32,000 nucleotides of DNA from Phycisphaera mikurensis NBRC 102666 (lineage in GTDB: Bacteria; Planctomycetota; Phycisphaerae; Phycisphaerales; Phycisphaeraceae). Positions 9,351 to 15,580 of this stretch are shown here, in pieces. Where the stretch lies: the NCBI RefSeq assembly GCF_000284115.1, contig NC_017080.1, positions 720,001 to 752,000 of the forward strand, read 5' to 3'. The notes beneath the pieces are model-generated. The model was not told where the DNA came from. It was given only the letters and a program-made list of their open reading frames with translations, and ran no database searches. Numbering within the stretch: the stretch's first letter is position 1; each line of letters begins with the position of its first letter. The position numbers and the translations under genes are program-made.

Positions 9351-9785
9351 AGACCGTCGCGGATTGCGGCCTCTCTGCCCGACGGTCCGCGGCTGGGGGT
9401 CGGTCGGCGTGCGGGCAGCGCTTCGCTCAATCGCGGAGGAGACAGAGGGAGAGGAGAAGGCAGAGCCGAGAGAGCGGGGGTTGTCCCGCCCTGTAGAAAC
9501 CTCTGTTCTGCGTTCGCGGAACCGCACCTCGTGCGCCGGAAATGTTGCCTCTGATGGCCGGATCGCCACGCGATCCGGGCCAGACTGCCGAGGAGCGTCG
9601 TTCGAGCGGAAGGTCTGCGGTTTCGATGGGCCCGGTCTGCGTGGCAGACCGGCGACCGCGGGCATCGAATGACGCCTCCCCGACCGCGTGCGAAGGGGGC
9701 GTCACGATCTGGACCGTGCAGGTTTCTCGCGGATTCGGACTGAGAGATCGGGGGTTGGCCGCGTTTTGAACTCGTTCTGAACTGA
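9343..9785. repeat. interspersed repeat family 1, copy B (~440 bp)
   Basis: This is a direct repeat of 8239-8683, in the same orientation and offset by ~1.1 kb. The same three hairpins are conserved, and GGATCGCCACGCGATCC lies at 9560-9576. Confidence 0.9.
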
Positions 9786-9862
9786 CACCTTCGCGGACCC
9801 TGCTTGAATGTACCTGACACCTTCGCCGACCTGACACCTTCGCCGACCGACACCTTCGCCGA
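9782..9862 (+). repeat. tandem (C)TGACACCTTCGCSGAC units including a GAATGTACCTGACACCTTCGCC motif
   Basis: There are four units, at 9782, 9813, 9830 and 9847. The full motif lies at 9806-9827. The array sits immediately downstream of the 151-aa gene's stop. Confidence 0.9.
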
Positions 9863-9896
9863 CCGGGAGTAGCCCGTGGCCAGGTGCCAAGAGATT

Positions 9897-10352
9897 CTAG
9901 GGACCTTCGAGATATGGCGTGCCCTCCGCCTCCCTATCCTCAAACGGGTTCGGAGAATTGACCATGATGCCTTGGGAGAACTGACAAGTCCTGCAAACGA
10001 CCGATGCCGTTACATGCGAACCGCTCTTCCGATAGTGGTTGCGGTGAATCTTGCCAAGGAACCGGCGCTCCTCATGCACCATCCAGCAGTTTGGGCAAAG
10101 CGGCCCCCCGGTCTGCGTCCAAGCAAGCCCGTTAATGACACGAACAGGGTCAGCGTCTCGGTTCGCGAGCTTAGTTTCTAATGCAGTCTTGTCTCGCTGA
10201 AGATCAATCATCGACTGCTGTGCCTCCAAGAGGGCGCGCTGATGAGCAATCGCTTCTTCTTGGAGCGGCAGAATCGCCGCATAGTCCTTCACCCGCACAA
10301 CGCTGCGGCAGAAGTCGAGTGCCATCTTGATGCCGGTAAGTGGATCGGTCAT
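9897..10352 (-). CDS. hypothetical protein, N-terminal coiled-coil plus C-terminal CxxC...CxxC zinc-ribbon-like domain (151 aa)
   Basis: The ORF is intact. It carries a heptad-like segment LQEEAIAHQRALLEAQQSMIDLQRDKTALETKLA and the cysteine pairs CPNC and CRTC. Its ATG overlaps the upstream ORF's stop (ATGA at 10349-10352). It lies in a GC trough. I recognise no family. Confidence 0.65.
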   Translation of the reverse strand: MTDPLTGIKMALDFCRSVVRVKDYAAILPLQEEAIAHQRALLEAQQSMIDLQRDKTALETKLANRDADPVRVINGLAWTQTGGPLCPNCWMVHEERRFLGKIHRNHYRKSGSHVTASVVCRTCQFSQGIMVNSPNPFEDREAEGTPYLEGP

Positions 10353-10522
10353 CGTGCCTTTCCGCCTCCTGCCTCCACCAGCGGTGCCACCAAGGCCTCG
10401 TACCGCTCGAAGAGGTGTTCGAAGCGGCGGCGTTCGTCGGGAAAGGGTTGGCGGCGGTAGCAGGCGTCGACGGCGCGGTCGAGGGTGGTGTGGGCTTTGG
10501 CAAGGGGGGCGGGGGTGGTCAT
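10349..10522 (-). CDS. 57-aa ORF resembling the extreme C-terminus of MmeI-family type IIL R-M enzymes (possible relic)
   Basis: This ORF is not in the ORF track (under 60 aa); I translated it by hand as MTTPAPLAKAHTTLDRAVDACYRRQPFPDERRRFEHLFERYEALVAPLVEAGGGKAR. The pattern AH..LD.AVD..Y.....F..D.ER...LF..Y..L matches the MmeI C-terminus as I recall it. ATGA overlaps occur at both ends. Confidence 0.45.
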   Translation of the reverse strand: MTTPAPLAKAHTTLDRAVDACYRRQPFPDERRRFEHLFERYEALVAPLVEAGGGKAR

Positions 10523-11202
10523 TCGTCCAGCGCCTCGACCTCGGCGTGCGGGTTCCGACGGTTGTAGAGCGTCACCATCTCGTCGATGTACTCCGACTCA
10601 GTGAACGCTTCGCCGGTGTCGGCGTTGTAAAGCTTCACCCACGCGCCCTCGCCGGACTCGTCGGCGGGGTTGAAGAGCATCATCGTGACGCTCTCGAACT
10701 TCTCGCCGGGATCGGTGTACTCCTCCCGGCCGGAGATCGTGCTCATCATCTTGAGAGCGCGGCGGAACGTCGACATCGGGCGGCCGGGCGTGACGTCGTC
10801 GTCGGCTGCGGCGGGAAAGGCGAAGAGGCAGCAGACGATGCTGTACGGGAATCGCATGTGCAGCGTGATCGCCTCGGTGCAGAGGTCGCCGAACCGGTTC
10901 TTCAGGTTCTTCGAGAACGGCGGGGCCGTGATGCTCTTCACGCTGACCGCGAGGAGCAGGCCGTGCCGCTCGTCGGAGAAGCTGACGTCCACCCGCTTCG
11001 GCCCCAGGCCGCCTTGGAAGGCCTTCTCGCCGGGCTGGCCGGGCAAGGGTCGGGTGCCTGTGAGGCCGCGGGCTCGGAGGGCAGACGCGAGGGCGGGTGC
11101 CACGGCGTGCGACAGTTTTTCGGCGTAACGCTTCTTCTCATGCGCGGGCGCGTCTTGACCCGGGAAGACTCCTGCGGCGATGACGGCGGAAACGAGGCTC
11201 AT
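10519..11202 (-). CDS. putative type II restriction endonuclease (PD-(D/E)XK-like), 227 aa
   Basis: It sits directly downstream of the methyltransferase and overlaps it (ATGA). A candidate catalytic core is KRVD72VSF...LLLAVS87VK89S, followed by NRFGDLCTEAITLHMRFPY. The specific family was not identified, and a XhoI/PaeR7I-like relationship is only a guess. Confidence 0.5.
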   Translation of the reverse strand: MSLVSAVIAAGVFPGQDAPAHEKKRYAEKLSHAVAPALASALRARGLTGTRPLPGQPGEKAFQGGLGPKRVDVSFSDERHGLLLAVSVKSITAPPFSKNLKNRFGDLCTEAITLHMRFPYSIVCCLFAFPAAADDDVTPGRPMSTFRRALKMMSTISGREEYTDPGEKFESVTMMLFNPADESGEGAWVKLYNADTGEAFTESEYIDEMVTLYNRRNPHAEVEALDE

Positions 11203-13049
11203 CGGGGGGGCGTCCCTGCTCGGGTGCGTCGCTCGCGGAGCGAGGCTGCGGCTTCGGCGAGCGTGGCAGCCTCAGGCGGCGTGAGCAGCTCCCGGTCGAC
11301 GACGGCGGTTGCGTCGCAGGCGCTTGCTCGGGCGGCCGCGTCAATGGAATCAAGGTCGACTCCTCTTAGGGCGGGGCCGGCGACGAGCACGCGCGCCGCT
11401 TCTCCGGGCTCGAGCTTCAGCATGCCCCCGCCGAGCCCATGGCCCTCAATCTCCACGGAAAGGCTTGTCAGCGAGGAACGCCACGCGGCGGCAAGCCGTT
11501 CCGCGGTCCAGCCGGATTCAGTGGCCGCCGGCTTCAAGCGGACGAGGTGCAAATTGTTGGGAGCCACCGCGGCCGCGGTGTTCGCCACGAGCCGCGGGGT
11601 GTCGCCGCTCATGTAGGTGAGGAAGGCGTCCGGCGGATCGCTCACCGGGACGGCGTGCCACGGGTGGCGGACGCGGCACTTGTACGCCTGATCGACCCCC
11701 AGCCGCTCACCTTCCTGCAGGTAGTCCATTGTGGGCCGGTCGAAGTTGGTGCCCGCGAGTCCACCCGGCGCGTGAAAGAGGAAGCCGGCGTCTCCCATTT
11801 CGCACGCGTTCTGCCAATCGCTTCGGGCAAACCGCAGGCCCCGCAGCGCCCGCCCCTTGCAGATCACCGGAAGGAGCCGGTCGGCGGGCAGACCGCGAGC
11901 GGCTGCTTCGGCGGGCGAGAGGTGGAAGTACCCGTTGTTCCCGCTGACGTAGCCGATGCCAGCGGAAGCGAGTGAGCGCAGGCGGTGCGTGCGGCGAGCC
12001 CCGCCATCGTCTCGGTCGGCTTCCCCCGCAAGCCGCTGATAGAGCTCACGGGCGTGCCCCGAGACGAGGAACGAGATCAGGCGGCTCTTCCCCGTGGCCA
12101 ACTCTTCCGCGGGGAGCGGCGTACTACCCACGCGTCGCGAGCAGGTGAGGCCGTCGAGGGCGTCGCTGTCGGGCAGATCGGCGTGGTAAACCTTCGCCGC
12201 ACCCGGCTGTTGGTTCCAGGACCGCCCGTCCGCGAGCAGCAGAACGCAGTCCTGGCTCAACTCCGGGAAGAGCCGTCGACGGAAGGTAATCACGTCGAGC
12301 CGATCAAACCCATCCACGAGGAAGCGGAGCACCGGCAACGCGTAGGCCGCGTGGAACAGCTCCATCGGGAGCACGAAGCCCAGCCGCCCGCCGGGCGCGA
12401 GGCAAGCCGCGCCGTGCACGGTGAAGGCGGCCCAAGAGCTGCAAAGACCATCGAGCCGAACCCCTGCCTCGCGAGCGCGAGCCCGGGCGGCTTCTCTCTC
12501 GCGACCTTTGAAGGACTGATAGCGGACGAAGGGCGGGTTGCCGACGACGGCGTCGAAGCCGCCGGCACGAAGCGATGGCTCGTCGAAGAAGCTGCCAAGG
12601 CGCAGGCGACTCCGATTCACGCCCGCGCCTGAGCGGGCGAGCACGGCCGCGTGCGCGTCCTCGTCGAGTTCGACGCCGTGTACGCAGGCGGATGCGTCGC
12701 CGCCGAGGTGCTCGATCCGCCGCGCCGCCGCGTCGAGGAAGACACCGCCGCCGAAGCTGGGATCAACCACTCGATCGTCCGCTCGGCGGATCGCCCAGCG
12801 ACAGAGAAACGCGGCGACGCCCTCGCCGGTGTAGAAAGCCCCGGAAGCCTTGTGGTTCGGCGAGAGCAGCGTGGCTGTCACGGCCGGAGGATACTCCGGT
12901 TCGGGAGTTGTCCGCTGGCACCGGCGTAAAGAGATCGTGGCGCTGGCGGCTTCTAGTCGTTCCAGAAGGACTGGCTCTCGGAACGCTCCCGCGCGGCGGC
13001 GCTCCGCTCGCGGGAGAAGGCGATGGCGCGCTGGCGGATCTCGTTCCAT
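11199..13049 (-). CDS. N6-adenine DNA methyltransferase, gamma class (TaqI/Eco57I-like) with C-terminal target-recognition region
   Basis: FYTGEGVAAF is FYTP-like. Motif I is VVDPSFGGGVFL and motif IV is VVGNPPFV, followed by GGRLGFVLP. The start is uncertain: ATG 13049 gives 616 aa and GTG 12881 gives 560 aa. With the 13049 start, the first ~33 codons are an out-of-frame reading of the MmeI-like stub. Confidence 0.85.
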   Translation of the reverse strand: MERDPPARHRLLPRAERRRAGAFREPVLLERLEAASATISLRRCQRTTPEPEYPPAVTATLLSPNHKASGAFYTGEGVAAFLCRWAIRRADDRVVDPSFGGGVFLDAAARRIEHLGGDASACVHGVELDEDAHAAVLARSGAGVNRSRLRLGSFFDEPSLRAGGFDAVVGNPPFVRYQSFKGREREAARARAREAGVRLDGLCSSWAAFTVHGAACLAPGGRLGFVLPMELFHAAYALPVLRFLVDGFDRLDVITFRRRLFPELSQDCVLLLADGRSWNQQPGAAKVYHADLPDSDALDGLTCSRRVGSTPLPAEELATGKSRLISFLVSGHARELYQRLAGEADRDDGGARRTHRLRSLASAGIGYVSGNNGYFHLSPAEAAARGLPADRLLPVICKGRALRGLRFARSDWQNACEMGDAGFLFHAPGGLAGTNFDRPTMDYLQEGERLGVDQAYKCRVRHPWHAVPVSDPPDAFLTYMSGDTPRLVANTAAAVAPNNLHLVRLKPAATESGWTAERLAAAWRSSLTSLSVEIEGHGLGGGMLKLEPGEAARVLVAGPALRGVDLDSIDAAARASACDATAVVDRELLTPPEAATLAEAAASLRERRTRAGTPPR

Positions 13050-13060
13050 GCGAGGGGCAT
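12953..13060 (-). pseudogene. 35-codon stub resembling the N-terminus of MmeI-family type IIL R-M enzymes
   Basis: Hand translation gives MPLAWNEIRQRAIAFSRERSAAARERSESQSFWND, then TAG. The family N-terminus as I recall it is ..SWNEIR.RA..F...W.......E.Q.F..DFF.VFG. The nuclease domain that should follow is absent. Confidence 0.5.
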
Positions 13061-13186
13061 GGGGTGACGCTAACGAGCGCGGATCGTGAAAGAAGTGGCC
13101 GCTTCGCCGGGCGAACGCCGTGGCATCCGAGGACCGAGGGGCCCTTGGTACAGAAGCCCTACGGTCTACGGTCGGCCGGGACGTGG

Positions 13187-13455
13187 CCCCACCGGCGCTC
13201 GGCTGCGCCGACGCCCGGATCGCACGCGATCCGGCTTTCGCGTCCGCTCCGCGGACCGTGGGCGGTCGGCGGCGTTCTCGCGCGGTCCGCGGCGTGAGCG
13301 GCAGCGGTTGCATTGCAACCGAACGCCGAAGCTGGATCGCCACGCGATCCAGACCGGGTCGATCCGAGGGTCCCGTCCGCCGCGGCTGGCATTCGTGGCG
13401 CTTCTGCGGGTCAACCCGGGAGGCTGCACACCCCACGCTCCGGGGCGCTCCTGGC
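13187..13455. repeat. interspersed repeat family 2, full copy
   Basis: The left part, 13187-13295, recurs at 13517-13628. The right part, 13249-13455, recurs at 17854-18065. It contains the hairpin CCGCGGACCG...CGGTCCGCGG (13249-13292) and GGATCGCCACGCGATCC (13334-13350). Confidence 0.85.
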
Positions 13456-13516
13456 GCCGCGGAGGTCGTGCGTGTAAACAGCGCGGGTCGCAGCGCGTCG
13501 CGGGTGGGAGCGCCGG

Positions 13517-13628
13517 CCCCGCCGCCGCTCGGCTGCGCCGACGCCCAAATTGCACGCGATCCGGGGTTCGCGTCCGCTTCGCGGACCGTGGGCGGTCGGC
13601 GGCGTTCCCGCGGTCCGTCCGCGGCGCA
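13517..13628. repeat. interspersed repeat family 2, partial copy (left module)
   Basis: This is a direct repeat of 13187-13295 (ccgctcggctgcgccgacgccc...gcacgcgatccgg..ttcgcgtccgct.cgcggaccgtgggcggtcggcggcgtt) at ~330-bp spacing. Confidence 0.85.
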
Positions 13629-13761
13629 GCGTGCTCGGCACGCCCCGCGTGCCGGATCCGGAATGTCGGGGGACGCGGGTTGGCGGGGGACGCGTCCCTT
13701 CGCCGCACCTTGTCCCTCCTTCACCCTTGACCCGCAGCTCCGGCACCGGCCGGCCTCGGCT

Positions 13762-14661
13762 TCACCGGCGTTTTTTCTCGCTCCAGGAGAGGGTCGCTTC
13801 CACCGGATGGTGGTCGGAGGGGAAGCGACCGTCGAAGGTCACGAGGTTGATCCTCGCGGACTCGACCTCGAAGTGCTCGCTGTGCAGAATCCAGTCGATC
13901 CGGGCGGTCCGCTGATTCTGCGGCTCGAACTTGTTGAAGGTGCCGGTCCAGCCGGGGTTCGGGTTGGCGGCCGCGAAGGTGTCGATCAGCACCGGCGGCT
14001 CGGAAGATCCCTCGGCGAGCAGCAGCCGGTAGGGCTCGCCCGTGAACGCCTTGGTGTTGAAGTCGCCGAGGACGAGCACGGGGCCCTCGCCGGCGATCCG
14101 CTTCATCCGCTCGCGCATCAGCCGGGCGCCGTGCACCTTGCTCTTGCCACCGATGTGGTCGAAGTGCGTGTTGAACACGTGCAGGGTGCGGCCGGTGGGC
14201 CGCTCCCGCAGCTGCACCCACTCCACACGCCGCGGCTGGTTCGAGTCCCAGTCGTCCCCGCCAAAGACGTCGGGCGTCTGGCTGATGTGAAACAGCCCGG
14301 CGTCGACGGACTCGAAACGGTCCGCACGCCAGAAGATTTGAGCCGACGCGGCCCGCTGCTGACGGCCCTCCAGGCCGTGCGTGCTCCCCGCGAGGGCATA
14401 GCCGGGCAGCCCCTCGAGGACGAAGGTCTCCTGGAAGGGCATCATCTCCTGGTAGCCGACGATGTCCGGGCCGAAGGCCCGGACCGTCTCGACCACGTGC
14501 TCCTTGCGGTGGTCCCAGTGATTCTCGCCGTCGTCGGCGGTGCCGAAGCGGATGTTGAAGGTCATGACCTTCAACGGCTGAAGCTCCGCGGCCGCGTCGG
14601 CAGTGAAGGCGCTGAAAAGCAAGACCAGGAGGCAGAGCGACGGGGCGGCGTGGCGGGTCAT
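13762..14661 (-). CDS. endonuclease/exonuclease/phosphatase (EEP) family protein, secreted
   Basis: The internal ATG at 14661 gives a 299-aa protein with a signal peptide (MTRHAAPSLCLLVLLFSAFTADA). Supporting motifs are VMTFNIRFG, GYQEM, NTHFDH, LGDFN and SDHHPV. Confidence 0.85.
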   Translation of the reverse strand: MTRHAAPSLCLLVLLFSAFTADAAAELQPLKVMTFNIRFGTADDGENHWDHRKEHVVETVRAFGPDIVGYQEMMPFQETFVLEGLPGYALAGSTHGLEGRQQRAASAQIFWRADRFESVDAGLFHISQTPDVFGGDDWDSNQPRRVEWVQLRERPTGRTLHVFNTHFDHIGGKSKVHGARLMRERMKRIAGEGPVLVLGDFNTKAFTGEPYRLLLAEGSSEPPVLIDTFAAANPNPGWTGTFNKFEPQNQRTARIDWILHSEHFEVESARINLVTFDGRFPSDHHPVEATLSWSEKKRR

Positions 14662-14683
14662 GGCTGCGGTCTGGCGGAGGGGA

Positions 14684-15496
14684 TCAGTCGTACGAGTAGA
14701 CGGTGCGGCCGCCGACGGTGGTCTTTCGCAGCTTCGGCTGGATCGCCATCCAACCGCCCGCGATGGGGTGGGGGTTCTGGTACCCGCCGACGTAGTTGTC
14801 GACCCAGTCCGAGCCGGAGGAGACCCAGGCGCTGTGGCCGTCGAGGTAGCCGAAGTTGGCGCCGGCCTCGCCGTGGTTGTTGCCGACGTCGGGGTAGTTC
14901 TCCTCGGGGTTGGTGGCGTCCCCGGGCGCGGGGTCGTCGGCGTCGGTGACCAGGAAGGCCGCCGAGAGGTTCTTGGGCTGGTCCAGCGTCTTGTACGGCA
15001 GGCCACCGGGATTGGCCGCGGTGACCGGCACCGGTTCCACGAGCGTGCCGTCGGGGTACACCGTGCCGCCGGCGTTGGCCTGCAGGAAGCCGAAGATCTC
15101 GTAGCTGTGGCCACCCCCAGCGTCGGCGGCGTTGCGGGCGTTGCGGGAGAGGTGCCGCTCGCCGGGCCCGGGCAGGCGCTGCAGCGGCGGGAGGCTCTCG
15201 TCGAGCAGCACGACGTTCTCCGTGCTCGGGCAGATCGCGACGTCCACCGAGGGCAGGTAGGACGGGTAGATGGTGTTGAAGCTGTCGTCGGTGATGCTCG
15301 CCTGCGGGGCGTAGGCCCCGTCGTAATCGACGGCCCGTGCGGCCATCGAGCTCACCAGCGAGCGGGTGTTGGCCGAGCACTGCATCCGGCGTGCCGCGTC
15401 GCGGGCGCTGCCCAGGGCCGGCAGGAGGATGCCGATCAGCAGCGCGATGATCGAGATCACCACGAGCAGCTCGATGAGGGTGAAGGCGGGTTTCAT
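14684..15496 (-). CDS. DUF1559 / prepilin-type N-terminal cleavage-methylation domain protein (type II secretion pseudopilin-like, H-X9-DG)
   Basis: The N-terminus is [47 protein letters not shown]. The C-terminal region has [20 protein letters not shown], the H-X9-DG motif. Confidence 0.9.
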   Translation of the reverse strand: MKPAFTLIELLVVISIIALLIGILLPALGSARDAARRMQCSANTRSLVSSMAARAVDYDGAYAPQASITDDSFNTIYPSYLPSVDVAICPSTENVVLLDESLPPLQRLPGPGERHLSRNARNAADAGGGHSYEIFGFLQANAGGTVYPDGTLVEPVPVTAANPGGLPYKTLDQPKNLSAAFLVTDADDPAPGDATNPEENYPDVGNNHGEAGANFGYLDGHSAWVSSGSDWVDNYVGGYQNPHPIAGGWMAIQPKLRKTTVGGRTVYSYD

Positions 15497-15580
15497 CGGT
15501 GGGGCGGTAGGGGAGGGACCGTGGGAAGCCTCGCGCGCCGGGTTGCCGACGCGTGAGACGCGGATCAGGGACCGGAAGCT

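Noticed and set aside
9298-9672. A 124-aa ORF running through repeat copy B, with a parallel reading through copy A (the tail of 7847..8563)
   Set aside because: The frame is open in both copies, but several of the nucleotide differences I translated between the copies change the amino acid (5 replacements seen). The sequence is Arg/Gly-rich with no start context, and the DNA is dominated by conserved hairpins. I treat it as noncoding repeat.
8239-9785. A composite transposon or IS interpretation of the direct repeats flanking the TA pair
   Set aside because: I saw no transposase or integrase ORF, no terminal inverted repeats and no target-site duplication. I kept it as a repeat-bracketed cassette only.
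9296-9862. A possible CRISPR array, suggested by the short tandem CACCTTCGCSGAC repeats
   Set aside because: The units are 13-17 bp and directly abutting, with no unique spacers. There are only 3-4 units per block and no cas genes. This is not a CRISPR architecture.
13050-13724. The upstream 225 codons of the 841-aa ORF 11199..13724, an apparent N-terminal extension of the methyltransferase
   Set aside because: The extension is translated straight through interspersed repeat family 2 and the MmeI-like stub in the wrong frame. It has Arg-rich composition and no MTase-family similarity.
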